Below are positions 10,513 to 20,793 of a DNA stretch of 64,000 nt, piece by piece (within the stretch, counting starts at the first letter, position 1; each line of letters opens with the position of its first letter). A model generated the notes under the pieces. That model did no database searches. It had not been told where the DNA came from and worked only from the letters and a program-made list of their open reading frames with translations. This DNA comes from an uncultured Nitrospiraceae bacterium (GTDB lineage Bacteria > Nitrospirota > Thermodesulfovibrionia > Thermodesulfovibrionales > SM23-35), in assembly GCA_963727775.1 (NCBI GenBank), contig CAVSHB010000002.1, forward strand, positions 256,001-320,000, in the 5' to 3' direction. A program made the position numbers and the translations under genes.

Positions 10513-11067
10513 TCATTGCCACCGGATAATGCGGTCTTCGTAGTCTATCTGGAAGCGGGAGCTTTTGAGCATATCATTGCCGAGCAGTCCGTCGTAACTT
10601 CCGACCGCGCTAACCGGCACTTGGACACTACTAACCCGCCTCGGGCCGATGCTGATCGAATCGAGAACCACCAAACCAGCCAAGCTGAACCCTCCGACCC
10701 CTTGTATCAGCGAAAGGTTGGCGTCTTTAGGGTTTATTTCCAGCTGCCTGGCAATATTCGGACTGATGAGCGATGTAGCAGCGCCAGTGTCAAACACGAA
10801 CTGACCTTTGACCTCACGCCCCTTGTAGCTGACTGTGACCGGAACCACGATATGATTGTCTACAAGTTTGAAAGATGTCTCGGTCAGACTGTCACTTTCC
10901 TGAGCGTCGCGGGACACTATTTGAGCCTTATCTCCCGGATCGTCGGTAAATCTGACGTTGCCGTTATCGTCAATGTACTTATATATATCGGCGGCAGACG
11001 GTGAGTAGAAAATGAGAATAACAACCGCAACGGTAAGATAGCCTACCTGTGAATGCGCAAGTTTCAT
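10513..11067 (-). CDS. Secreted DUF4124 plus retropepsin-like aspartyl protease
   Basis: Signal peptide, IYKYIDDNGNVRFTD, FDTGA, GLLGND. Confidence 0.88.
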   Translation of the reverse strand: MKLAHSQVGYLTVAVVILIFYSPSAADIYKYIDDNGNVRFTDDPGDKAQIVSRDAQESDSLTETSFKLVDNHIVVPVTVSYKGREVKGQFVFDTGAATSLISPNIARQLEINPKDANLSLIQGVGGFSLAGLVVLDSISIGPRRVSSVQVPVSAVGSYDGLLGNDMLKSSRFQIDYEDRIIRWQ

Positions 11068-11124
11068 AATGTGTTCTACTCCCTATCGAGTCCTGTGTTG
11101 TCGCGAAAATCTTTCCATTGATAA

Positions 11125-11191
11125 TTTCCGAGTGTACTATGCAGAATTATATCAAGTTTCAAACATGTTTGCTTCAGGAAGAAGGGTTGCA
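11125..11191 (-). repeat. Array repeat copy 2
   Basis: ttccgAGTGT actatgc AGAATTATATCAAGTTTC...TTCAGGAAGAAGGGTTGC. Confidence 0.9.
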
Positions 11192-11214
11192 CTTGTTCTT
11201 GTAATTATGCATGT

Positions 11215-11724
11215 TTAATAATTCGAAACACCCCATCCCCAAAGTATTGCCGGTATTTCAACTGCAAGGAGACCTCCAATGAAGGAGAACGCATTTGCAA
11301 CAAAGCTGTATGCCATGCTTCTCAAAAGTGATGGCGCAGCTTCAGGTTGTCGTGTAAGTCTTGGTGATCGAAGAAGGTAAAAAACCGCTATCCCCTCGGC
11401 TAAGGTGACTGCGATTTCGCCGACAATTCCCACAATCGTCACGCCAACGAAGTTTTGCATTGCAACTATTGCAGTCATAAGAAGGATAAATGTGACGGTT
11501 GTAATCACTGTCCACACCCCTACAAATCGCCAGAAGTAGGGATTTGTTCCCTTTCCCAATCGCGCCACAATGACCCCTTCCATCGGCAGTAGGATGGGTA
11601 CAACAACAAGTGGAACCGGGTTCAAGATTATTGGATCAGCGAAAGCGATGGACGGGCAAAGCATACTTGCCACCAGCAATATAAAAAGATCCCTAAGGTT
11701 GTTTTTTGATTCGTGATTATTCAT
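11215..11724 (-). CDS. Membrane protein
   Basis: Signal peptide and several hydrophobic helices. Confidence 0.75.
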   Translation of the reverse strand: MNNHESKNNLRDLFILLVASMLCPSIAFADPIILNPVPLVVVPILLPMEGVIVARLGKGTNPYFWRFVGVWTVITTVTFILLMTAIVAMQNFVGVTIVGIVGEIAVTLAEGIAVFYLLRSPRLTRQPEAAPSLLRSMAYSFVANAFSFIGGLLAVEIPAILWGWGVSNY

Positions 11725-11752
11725 CCTTCCATCTACGGCTACAAAGTCGTCC

Positions 11753-11815
11753 TTTCGGTTATAACCTGTACAATTATATCATTCTCATGTGGTCTCAGCT
11801 TCGGGAGGCAGTCTT
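11753..11815 (-). repeat. Array repeat copy 3 (degenerate)
   Basis: tttcGGTTAT aacctgt ACAATTATATCA...TTCGGGAGG. Confidence 0.75.
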
Positions 11816-12033
11816 ACCCGTGGTAACTTTCGAGAATAACCGCATGTCTGTATTCTTCTTTCGAGCGAAAAGTTTGCTGAGAGCTCATCTGGCAGCAAAT
11901 TGGAAAATGCCTACAGAGTATAATAGTTTGGTAAAGACGATGACGACATTACATATTTTTTTATCCGTCCTTCTGGCTACTGACCCTTGGTCAGTCAGTT
12001 CCATTCGGGTTTCGAAAACATAAGACGAATGTA

Positions 12034-12879
12034 TTGATTATGACAAGAAGACTTAAGTTTCTACTAATCATCATGATATTGTTGGGCATATATATTGGCC
12101 GGAGCTATTGGCCATTTAAAGAGCAAATAAAGATAGAGACGGCTCATTACACTATCTATTCTACAGCGACGCAGCAGCAAACTATTCTTATCGGAGAAGC
12201 AAGTGAAAGCTTGTACGCTGCCTATACCGATTTTTTCAAAGATATGATAGATGCAAAAGAGCACAAGGGACGGCTAAGGATGAGGCTTTATAAGGATAGA
12301 GATGAGTTTAAGGCACACAACTGGAGTGCTCCCTGGGCAGAAGCATTCTATCACAACCCGTATTGTTATGCCTACTATCCCGAAAGTGAGGCCAATCCAT
12401 ATCACTGGATGATACACGAGGGAACCCATCAATTAAACCGGGAAGTTGCCCATTTTAAGGTGCCCGAATGGATTGATGAAGGCTTAGCAACATATTTCGG
12501 TTCAAGCAAAATAAGAAATGGTAGATTGCAACCCGGTGAAATCGATGTGAACACGTATCCTATATGGATACTACAAACTATTTCCTTGACGGGCAACCTT
12601 CAGAAGGATATCAACAATAACAAGATAATTCCTCTTCGCGCCCTAATTACAGGGACAGGAGGGCCTAATATCATCAGGCATTTTAATCTATACTACGTCC
12701 ATTATTGGAGCCTGACACACTTTTTATTTCACTATACGAACGGAAAATATTCTGATGGCTATAAAAGTTTGATCCGCGCAGGCGGCACATTGGAAGAATT
12801 TGAGAAGAGAATCGGATCGGTAGATCGGATACAGAACGAATGGTATGAGTACTTGCGACAGAGCGTGTCAGAAGTGTAG
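12034..12879 (+). CDS. Exported gluzincin-like metallopeptidase (DUF1570-like)
   Basis: HEGTH followed by WIDEGLA; N-terminal hydrophobic anchor. Confidence 0.82.
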   Translation: MIMTRRLKFLLIIMILLGIYIGRSYWPFKEQIKIETAHYTIYSTATQQQTILIGEASESLYAAYTDFFKDMIDAKEHKGRLRMRLYKDRDEFKAHNWSAPWAEAFYHNPYCYAYYPESEANPYHWMIHEGTHQLNREVAHFKVPEWIDEGLATYFGSSKIRNGRLQPGEIDVNTYPIWILQTISLTGNLQKDINNNKIIPLRALITGTGGPNIIRHFNLYYVHYWSLTHFLFHYTNGKYSDGYKSLIRAGGTLEEFEKRIGSVDRIQNEWYEYLRQSVSEV

Positions 12880-12965
12880 AAAAAATGAAAGAGCCCTAAC
12901 AGTTAAGTCATGCCAAATATTAACTTAAGGTTGACATCAGTATAGAAGCGCGAGAGTCTTGTCTG

Positions 12966-13038
12966 TTCCCACTTGTACTGAACATGATTATATCAGGTTT
13001 CGGTGCCGTTGACTTCAACAAGGAAGGATTATTGCCTA
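12966..13038 (-). repeat. Array repeat copy 4
   Basis: CTTGT actgaac ATGATTATATCAGGTTTC...CAAGGAAGGATTATTGCCT. Confidence 0.85.
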
Positions 13039-13130
13039 TCAGGACTCTCTGGAATACTACGTTTCTTTCACCCCGTAAGGCGCATAGCTTTTTTATCAAA
13101 GAGACCTGATAACCTTTAAAAACAGAAAGA

Positions 13131-14114
13131 TCAGAAAACATTCACTTTGAATGTCACTACTTTTGCAGGCGGCACATCCTTCTCCCAAGGTCTTATATAT
13201 CTAAAGTTGATTGCTGTTTTACCCTTCCCGGTAGCCTCGAAGAGCCAAACTTCTTTACCTCCTGCACCGATAAGCCCGGTTTGCGATTTCCTATATTTGT
13301 TGCGCACTAACCTGATAATTGTGCTCTCTTTTGGGCTGATCATCTCCCAGTGATATCCTGTGGTGACGTTTGAATCAAGAACAAGCGTAAAATGTTGACC
13401 AGGGGCTACTTCAATCTCCAAGCTGGGATTGCTGAACTCAAGTATATTCGATGCGACATTAATCACTTTTGCTCCGACAAAAGTACCGGAACTTTCGAAA
13501 TCAAAGGCGATCAGTACAGTACCGAGAAGTTCACAAGCGTGACAGCCATTCTGGAGGCGGTAGGCAGCAACAAACCTCTTTCCCTTGTTTAAAAGATCTT
13601 CGCCCTTCACACAAGGGGCGTCATATCTGTCACCAGGCCAGAGATTCACTTTAGGAAAATTGTGGGCTATTTGTTCATACAGTTTGTGCTTCGTTAGGTC
13701 CACATTCTTTAAAATGTCATTATCGTCGATGTCGATGACCGACGGGTTTCCGTTTACGAGATAACATCCGTAGTTCTCATTCGCCCTAAATGGATAAAAA
13801 ACTTGAGCGATATCCACCGCTCCGTCCCTTTGGAAGGCTGTTATATAGGCCGTATTTCCTATGTGTTTGGTAAAGACGATAGCCTCGCATGGGGCCCCTG
13901 AATCTTTCATCACGGTGACGAAACAAGCCCCAAAGTCCTTCACCGCTTCCATTGAACAGCGCTCAAGCACTTGTTGCCTAAAGGAACTACCGGGATTCCA
14001 GACTACTTCCGGACCTATCTGCTGATTTTCGGCTGAGGCGACACCAGTCAGGAAGCATATTATTATAAATATCTGGGCAATCAAACTCTTTATAGGCTCC
14101 CCTTTTTCTGACAT
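13131..14114 (-). CDS. Exported protein with C-terminal chagasin-like (I42) protease inhibitor domain
   Basis: SNVTTGYHW, GAGG, YIRPWE motifs. Confidence 0.85.
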   Translation of the reverse strand: MSEKGEPIKSLIAQIFIIICFLTGVASAENQQIGPEVVWNPGSSFRQQVLERCSMEAVKDFGACFVTVMKDSGAPCEAIVFTKHIGNTAYITAFQRDGAVDIAQVFYPFRANENYGCYLVNGNPSVIDIDDNDILKNVDLTKHKLYEQIAHNFPKVNLWPGDRYDAPCVKGEDLLNKGKRFVAAYRLQNGCHACELLGTVLIAFDFESSGTFVGAKVINVASNILEFSNPSLEIEVAPGQHFTLVLDSNVTTGYHWEMISPKESTIIRLVRNKYRKSQTGLIGAGGKEVWLFEATGKGKTAINFRYIRPWEKDVPPAKVVTFKVNVF

Positions 14115-14195
14115 CGCTTTAAGAATCTAAACCTCCCCCAAAAGACACTTCAAAACTCATTTCTCATTTTTTAAATCCAGCAAGACATTTCACCC

Positions 14196-14265
14196 ATTCC
14201 AGTTGAACTGCGCACAATCATAGCACCTTTGAATGGTGTTACCTACAGGAAGGAAGCTTGCGCAT
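14196..14265 (-). repeat. Array repeat copy 5
   Basis: attccAGTTGA actgcgc ACAATCATAGCA...CTACAGGAAGGAAGCTTGCGCAT. Confidence 0.9.
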
Positions 14266-14416
14266 ATACCTTCATCTTTTTTCACAATGCGTCTTTCGCC
14301 CCGTAATAAAAAGGGTATTTTTACGAGCGGATTCCCCGCTGGAACACCTCGGTTAGATGTAGTCATCATCGCCCAATGTCAGGGCTGACCCCATTCCCCT
14401 GTTACTTACAACAAGC

Positions 14417-16438
14417 TTATGAATCTGTTGATTTCTTGATATCAGTCTTGCCCTCAGAATCAATCTTCATACCAGTGAGTGCAATAGCCTGCGTAAGAAC
14501 TGTCGCGAGCCCTTCAGATGCACCGCCACTTCCGATCGTAAGAATATCAGGCATAATCTTAATCTTACCTGCAGAGATATGTTTTGCGAGCTCGATAGCC
14601 ATAATAGCCTGTGGCCCGATGGCTGTCTTCTGCTTTTCGTAGGCTTCTGCGGTAGCCGTACCGATTGATTCGATTGCCCTGGCATCACCTTCGCCCTTCA
14701 ATTTTGCGCTTTCCGCATTACCTTCGGCAAGTGTAACTGTTTCTCTTTTCTTCTGGTCGGCAACTTTGACGGCGATCTCGGCCCGAACAAGTTCCGGCTG
14801 TTGGTCGGCAGTGGCCTTTGTCTTTTCCATCTCAATTCTTGTAACTTCAGCCTTCTGCTGTTCCTTGTATTGTTCAGTCTGTTGCTGTGCAATAATTTTC
14901 TTTGTCTGTGTATCCATCAGCTCCTGGGGAAGTTTAATTTGACAAATGAGGACCGACACGCACTCAACATGATATTTTTCAAGTTCCAGCCGGGCCCTTG
15001 TTTCAGCCTTTGTCTGTTCTTCTTGTCTGTCCTGCATAAAGTTCATGGCTGAAGTGGTAGAAGCCTGATTTCTGAAGCTGGAATCAATCATTGGGTGAAT
15101 AACGTGAAGAATGAGATTGTCAATCGAACCGACTTTCGCCACCATATAGGGAGCTTGGTCCGGTCTGACTCTTACAACTACCTTAACGGATACTCCAATA
15201 GGGAACCCGTCTTTTGAAATAACACTCAATGGGTCAAACCTTGTCTCTTTTGCATCATCCCAGTCTATCGTTATGTTTGTTGTGTCGATGATATATGGCA
15301 TAAAGGCTAATCTGTTAAGATAGTATTTGCCGGGGCCGGCCACTTCTTCCTGGATGCCCCGATATCCTTTGGGAACCACATATTTCTCTTTGCCTTCTTC
15401 TTCGGTCGCCCCCATTTGAGTTGAGCCGAGTCTTCTCTTCATTTCAGATGTTGGCTCTTCACCCACATTTGAAACGACAACTGCAACCTGTCCACGCTCA
15501 ACAACTGCAACGTCATCAAACGCAACATTAAACATTAACGGGTTTATATAATATGTACCGGGCTTTAGAACATCAAGCTGAGGTCCACGCTGGCCGCCGC
15601 CTTTAAGGAATGAATTGGCATCCTGAAAATCGGAGTGTCCGGCGACTGACTTGGCAACATATTCTTTGTCAGGAAGCGGATCACCATCCTTGGCGATAAC
15701 CAAACCGACTTTTGCAGACTCAATCACTGCGGCTGGCTCAGTTGCCACCTGGAATAAATGAGTGTTGATACGATAAGTCCCTGGGAGAAGGATATCGATC
15801 TGTGGGCCTTTTTGCCCGCCATTCGCAAGAAACTTTTCACCAGCTTCAAAGTTATGATGGTCAGGCACACTTACTGCCAACAGTCTACCGGCAGCTATAG
15901 GATTGCCATCCTGCGATGTAACAACTCCCACCTGACCTTTTTCGATAACAACTGCCTGAGCAATTGATACCTTAAAGAGGTATGGATTTATTCTGTATTT
16001 ACCAGGCGGGAGGATGTCAATCTGCGGACCTTTCTGCCCCCCGTTTTGTAAGAACGCCTCCCCATCCTGAAAAGAATTATGACCCTGTACCACCTTTGCA
16101 AATATTTTACCGGGAGGGATTGCGCTGCCATCGACTGATTCGATAAGACCGACCTGCCCGTCCATAATCTCTACAAACTCGCTCTTTTTTGCAGTATAAA
16201 TAAACGGAATAAGAAAATGCATTCCCGGCCCCAGCGTCCTTGCCTGAATCCCGACTTCGTTGTTCATGGCAACGACCCTGCCCTGTGGCATCTTCCTGCC
16301 AAACCATCTCCGTTCAATAAGGGCAATCTCTTTACCACCGACAATAACAACTGATTGATATGCCAGGATTAAGGCGATAAATCCTATAATTATTCCCCCT
16401 ACTGAAAGCACGCCGATCAAATGCGAAAGAATTTCCAT
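14417..16438 (-). CDS. SPFH/flotillin-family membrane protein
   Basis: N-terminal TM, three GGQxGPQxDxLxPGxYxIN repeats, band-7 region, Ala/Glu/Lys-rich tail. Confidence 0.88.
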   Translation of the reverse strand: MEILSHLIGVLSVGGIIIGFIALILAYQSVVIVGGKEIALIERRWFGRKMPQGRVVAMNNEVGIQARTLGPGMHFLIPFIYTAKKSEFVEIMDGQVGLIESVDGSAIPPGKIFAKVVQGHNSFQDGEAFLQNGGQKGPQIDILPPGKYRINPYLFKVSIAQAVVIEKGQVGVVTSQDGNPIAAGRLLAVSVPDHHNFEAGEKFLANGGQKGPQIDILLPGTYRINTHLFQVATEPAAVIESAKVGLVIAKDGDPLPDKEYVAKSVAGHSDFQDANSFLKGGGQRGPQLDVLKPGTYYINPLMFNVAFDDVAVVERGQVAVVVSNVGEEPTSEMKRRLGSTQMGATEEEGKEKYVVPKGYRGIQEEVAGPGKYYLNRLAFMPYIIDTTNITIDWDDAKETRFDPLSVISKDGFPIGVSVKVVVRVRPDQAPYMVAKVGSIDNLILHVIHPMIDSSFRNQASTTSAMNFMQDRQEEQTKAETRARLELEKYHVECVSVLICQIKLPQELMDTQTKKIIAQQQTEQYKEQQKAEVTRIEMEKTKATADQQPELVRAEIAVKVADQKKRETVTLAEGNAESAKLKGEGDARAIESIGTATAEAYEKQKTAIGPQAIMAIELAKHISAGKIKIMPDILTIGSGGASEGLATVLTQAIALTGMKIDSEGKTDIKKSTDS

Positions 16439-16507
16439 GTAACCTCCATTTTTATTGGTTTCCTTTAGCTTTGTTGCTTATCATTAATTTATCATGATTC
16501 ATATTTA

Positions 16508-16568
16508 ATTCCGGTTGTACTGAGCATAATTATATCAGGTTTCCCTACAGTGGGTTTCAGGAAGAAGC
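16508..16568 (-). repeat. Array repeat copy 6
   Basis: attccGGTTGT actgagc ATAATTATATCAGGTTTC...TTTCAGGAAGAAGC. Confidence 0.92.
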
Positions 16569-16578
16569 AAAGAATCTA

Positions 16579-16761
16579 TTATTTGAGCCCGATCTTTTTC
16601 CAAAACATAAGTCCAGGGCAAATTCCTGTTATCCCTGCAAGGGTAAATAAGCCAACTAGAATATAAAGGAACCAATGAACCTTATCAAAACCTGTTAACC
16701 ATATCCCTATAAAAATCAAGAAAGCGACTGTTATAAATTGTGCTCTCAGAGCTGAAGACAT
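16579..16761 (-). CDS. Small membrane protein (DUF2892/YgaP-like)
   Basis: Two TM segments, GITGICPG; RBS GGAGG. Confidence 0.8.
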   Translation of the reverse strand: MSSALRAQFITVAFLIFIGIWLTGFDKVHWFLYILVGLFTLAGITGICPGLMFWKKIGLK

Positions 16762-16780
16762 AGTAAGCCTCCTTTGTTAT

Positions 16781-16833
16781 TTTCCTTTTGTACTCAAAAC
16801 AATTATATCAGGTCTTCGAGTAGTGGACTACAG
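16781..16833 (-). repeat. Array repeat copy 7, left part (remainder at 20062-20080 beyond the IS110 insertion)
   Basis: TTTGT actcaaa ACAATTATATCAGG...CTACAG | GAAGGAAGCTTGCCTAT. Confidence 0.9.
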
Positions 16834-17399
16834 CTTGCTATATTGTAGTTAATGATGAGATCGATATATCTTCCAGGTAAGAATTGTTTATCCGGCAAAG
16901 GAAAGAAGGAGGAGATATTTATGAAAGGGTTACGGACGAAAAGAGTAAACATGATAAAGGAAGGGGCATTGATAGTAGCGATAGACATTGGTATGGCAAG
17001 TAACCATGGGTGCTGTGTGGCAGCAGACGGGAGGAGCACCAAGACATTCAAGTTTGATAATACAAGAGAAGGACTTGATAGATTGTGGAACATGGTACTT
17101 GCGAGCAAAACCAGATTTCAATGCAATGAGGTCATTATAGGATATGAGTCAACCGGACCTTATGGAGAGCCGTTGGTTCACTATCTCAAGCAGAAACCAG
17201 CAACGATCGTACAAGTAAACCCACTGCACACGAAGAGGATGAGAGAGATCAATGACAACTCTCCATTAAAGACTGATCGTAAGGATCCCCGGGTAATCGC
17301 GGATGTCATACGGATAGGGCACGCCTTAAGCGTCGTGGTCCCAGAAGGTGCTGCCGCCTATTTGAGAAGAATAAATAATGCACGGGAGAGACATATTAA

Positions 17400-19019
17400 C
17401 CCGAAAAATGCGTTTGCTATAGGCATACCTATAGAGTCAAGCCTATCAAGGCATTGGCTGATTTGTCGATATAAAAGCTAATACTGATGCTGTTTCTTGT
17501 TCCACCTCCTGAAAATTATGTTCTTTTTATCTAAATGCAGTGCAATTACCAAAACTGGGGGGAAAGTATTGTCCCACGCGGTTAAAGAGGTAGCGCAGTT
17601 TTGATCGTACTTTCTGCGTAAAGACAGAAATCCGCAATACAGGTTTCCTTCCATCCCATCCTAATTGGGCTGGAAGGACAAGATACTTGTACCGTAAGGT
17701 TTTCAAACGTTCTGTCTTTTCTTTTTGACCGAGTATCTGATGCCTGAACAGGACAAACAGATTGTAGATGAATACCCGAATAAGCATAGCCGCCTCCGTT
17801 GAGTAGAAATACTTCATCGAGAACCCGCCGAGTGCAAAATCCTCTTTCAGTTCCTTGATGGTATTCTCATCGTTCGCCCTATGCCTGCATTGCTTCCATA
17901 CCTCATATGTAGAATCATGTGAATTGGTTATCCATACGCTATAACGATAATGCCCTGTATCAAACTCATCTCCGAAAAGAGACAACTCTTTTCCCATCGC
18001 GTGCGGTCTCTTCTTGACATCCTGGCGCACTGCAATAAACCTCCTGTCGATTATCCACTCTACATGCTGGAAGAAGAACTCAGTGATCCATATCCCTTCT
18101 TCTACCTGTGCCCAGTTTTGTTGTGCGTAGATTATCCTCTGCAGCGGACGATATAGGCGAGCAGCTATGATATATACTAATTCTCTCTTCTCAAGCAGTT
18201 CGATGAACTCCCTAAGATAAAATCCACTGTCTGCAATAATGCCCTTGATATCGATATGACCGTTGATCCTCTGCCATGTGGATTCAAAAAATCCAATAAT
18301 GTTGTTCCATGACATCACGTTGCCGGGGCGGTTCCAAAGATTTATCACATACTTGTTTCTGTTAAGAAATGCCAGAAGCGGGCTGTGGCTACCACGGCCC
18401 TTCTTCTTCGGGTTATATCCCCTCTTGACTCCCTCCTGTTTTCCGTATCGCTCAAGGACTGTAGAATCGAACGTCAACCAGTCCTCTTTGAGCTCTTTCC
18501 AGGGGATCAATCTCTTCAAGTATCCCCATAATCCCTCCGACATCTCTTCCACTTCCTTCAGTTTTCTGATCTTCCTGAAAAGCCTGCCCAATGTCGTCGA
18601 GGCGATAGGAAGCCTCTTCACTGCAAAAAGATCGGTGAAAATCTCCTGCCAACCAAGATAAAGTAGATGAGAAAACCTGCTGCCTCCCGCATAGATCAGA
18701 AGGATGTATGCCAATACCTTGCTGTATATCCCCATTCCATTGGGTGAACTCTCATGGATCGGAATCACCTCTTGCAAAATTCCTCTCAATTTGATCTTTT
18801 CAAAAAATGCAGCCAATAAACTGAATCCCCCATATGCCGTCATCTTCTTCTCCGTAAATCCAATCCTTACTTTATTTATTTCGATCTTTGTGCTACATTT
18901 TGACTGCATATTTCTATTCTCCTTTCGTTTAGAGTTGATGGTCGGGTAAACCTATTGATTCTAATACGAAAGGAGAATTTCTTCGGGGATATTATTTTAG
19001 GTCAACTGCACTTTTTGGG
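17400..19019 (-). mobile_element. IS1380-family element nested in IS110
   Basis: Ends CCCGAAAAATGC / GCACTTTTTGGG; TTAA duplication (17396-17399, 19020-19023). Confidence 0.9.
17527..18909 (-). CDS. IS1380-family transposase (ISEcp1-like)
   Basis: TFDST, GYNPKKKG, ADSGF, RANDENTIKELK. Confidence 0.93.
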   Translation of the reverse strand: MQSKCSTKIEINKVRIGFTEKKMTAYGGFSLLAAFFEKIKLRGILQEVIPIHESSPNGMGIYSKVLAYILLIYAGGSRFSHLLYLGWQEIFTDLFAVKRLPIASTTLGRLFRKIRKLKEVEEMSEGLWGYLKRLIPWKELKEDWLTFDSTVLERYGKQEGVKRGYNPKKKGRGSHSPLLAFLNRNKYVINLWNRPGNVMSWNNIIGFFESTWQRINGHIDIKGIIADSGFYLREFIELLEKRELVYIIAARLYRPLQRIIYAQQNWAQVEEGIWITEFFFQHVEWIIDRRFIAVRQDVKKRPHAMGKELSLFGDEFDTGHYRYSVWITNSHDSTYEVWKQCRHRANDENTIKELKEDFALGGFSMKYFYSTEAAMLIRVFIYNLFVLFRHQILGQKEKTERLKTLRYKYLVLPAQLGWDGRKPVLRISVFTQKVRSKLRYLFNRVGQYFPPSFGNCTAFR

Positions 19020-19825
19020 TTAAAGAGCGGACCGCTCTTCTCAACCAATTACGGCAGTTTGTGTTTCTCATATTCCCAGAATTTGGCCGAATAATAAAGA
19101 CGATATTCTGCAAAACATCCTTACATATACTCAAGAAATATACGACACCGGCAAAGGTATGCAGCGTAAATATAGAGAAACTTGGAGGGGAAATGAGGAG
19201 ATGTAGCATGGGCAAATTCGGGGTAGAACATGCTACGGCGCTGATCAATTATGCAAAGACCACCATCGGTATTCAAGAAGGGTTGGACGGATTAGTTATG
19301 GATATACAGCACGCCCTCGTCCAGCTGGAGATGGTCGATAGTCTCATAGCGGAACTGGAGCACGAGATGGAGACAACCCTACAGCGCATACCCTACAGTC
19401 GCAAACTCCTGTCAATCAAAGGGCTCGGGATAGTAACGGTAGCAGGGCTTATTGGTGAGATAGGCGACTTTACAAAGTTTAAAACGCAGTCTGAGATAGC
19501 GAAGCTTGCCGGTCTTGACCTGTACGAAGTAAGCTCCGGGAAAAGACAAGGACAGAGGAGGATATCAAAGAGGGGCAGAAGCCTGTTACGGAAAATACTG
19601 TATTATGCCGCCATGCAGACAATCAGAAAGAACGGCATTATGCATGAGTACTACCAAAGACTGATAGGCCGGGGCATGAAAAGTATCATGGCGCTCGTTG
19701 CAGTATCCAGGAAACTATTGAGGATCATATTTGCAATTGTAAGGGATGACACTGAATTCATAATGAATCATGAAGCTCAGAGAAAGGAGGAGATGAGAAA
19801 GGCCGCTTAGAGTTATAATTCACGT

Positions 19826-19990
19826 AGGCGGGGAGATTATCGTTTTCTTCCTTTAAGGCGCAATGCGACCTTCGACTACAGAATACATAACTCCCCGTCG
19901 ACATTCTAACTCCAATTAAGCAAGGTAAAAGCGTTCAATACGACTTTCAAATTACAAGGGTTGGGTAGGATGTCACATACAAGATGGGGG
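19826..19990 (+). ncRNA. Putative IS110 bridge RNA 1
   Basis: Scaffold shared with element 2; loops carry TTCTTCCT and GACTACAG (target flanks), AGCAAG and ACAAG (element ends); boundaries approximate. Confidence 0.8.
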
Positions 19991-20088
19991 ATAACCGTCT
20001 ACGAGAATAGATATTTCTATCTAAGTCCACATATAAAAATATATCTTGACTGGAATAAACAAGGAAGGAAGCTTGCCTATGATTCTGC

Positions 20089-20457
20089 TCAAAACTCATA
20101 TCCTCTCTTCACCCAATAATGCCAGTCGGCAACGGCTTCTAGGGTTTGCTCATCTGCTTTCGATACTTTGAGCTGGCGCAATGGAACTGCCAAAGATCGT
20201 TTTTGCCAGCTGATCATGACAAACATATCATGCTCACACTCCGTTTCCGGGGCCATCTTTGTTACTTCTACTTCCTCACCGATAAGAAGTGGCGATGTTT
20301 TTCTTGTAGCAATACACTTCGCTTTGAATGGAAATCTCAGTTTGTCTTCGAGGTAATAATACCATCCCAGTGAACGCTCTTCCTCGTTGTAAGCGTCAAC
20401 GACAATTTCCATGAGAATGCGGTCTTCTCTAATCTCATCTTCTTTGATTCTCGACAT
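20089..20457 (-). CDS. CcbP-like calcium-binding family protein
   Basis: EIVVDAY...GWYYYLEDKLRFPFKAKC...DWHYW. Confidence 0.8.
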   Translation of the reverse strand: MSRIKEDEIREDRILMEIVVDAYNEEERSLGWYYYLEDKLRFPFKAKCIATRKTSPLLIGEEVEVTKMAPETECEHDMFVMISWQKRSLAVPLRQLKVSKADEQTLEAVADWHYWVKRGYEF

Positions 20458-20542
20458 ATTTTGTATAGAATGAAACGCCTCGTTAATAATTGCTCCTTGC
20501 TTTTAAGACGCACTTTTGAGTGCCGATGGTCTTTCCGCAACA

Positions 20543-20610
20543 ATTCCATTCGTACTCAACAGGATTATAGCAAATTCCAACATGCAAGATTTCAGGAAGG
20601 ATTGTTGCCT
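20543..20610 (-). repeat. Array repeat copy 8
   Basis: attccATTCGT actcaac AGGATTATAGCA...TTTCAGGAAGGATTGTTGCCT. Confidence 0.85.
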
Positions 20611-20730
20611 CTCCGCTTTGAGTCCGGTATCATACGTCTTTCGCCACGGAAGAAAAATGGATCTTTTGGTTCTGCCACCTATAATTACGCGGAGGCGACA
20701 AAACGTAAAAAGTATTGATTAAAAGTAAAC

Positions 20731-20793
20731 GGGTAACATGAGCGTCACCCGGAGCGGGCTTTTTTCGCGATTGGGTATACGTACTTGTTATGT
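20731..20793 (-). repeat. attC-like imperfect palindrome
   Basis: Minus strand ACATAAC (contains stop of 20788..21159)...GTTACCC; 63-bp imperfect hairpin. Confidence 0.5.

Larger units (their letters stand above)
16921..19810 (+). pseudogene. IS110 recombinase interrupted by IS1380
   Basis: AIDIG, YESTG, KTDRKD, SSG; removing 17400-19023 restores ARERHIKERTALLNQL. Confidence 0.93.
16832..20063 (+). mobile_element. IS110-family element 1 inserted in an array repeat; carries nested IS1380
   Basis: AG (CT on minus) core at both junctions; ends AGCTTGCTATATTGT and TTGACTGGAATAAACAAG resemble element 2. Confidence 0.92.

Noticed and set aside
16513..16545. Repeats as dif/pdif sites
   Set aside because: GCATAA/GCACAA resembles a XerC arm, but the XerD arm TTATGTTAAAT is missing at 6-bp spacing
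20461..20722. Short ORFs spanning repeat copy 8 (likewise 12920..13141, 21725..21955)
   Set aside because: Cross the conserved non-coding site, with no RBS or motifs
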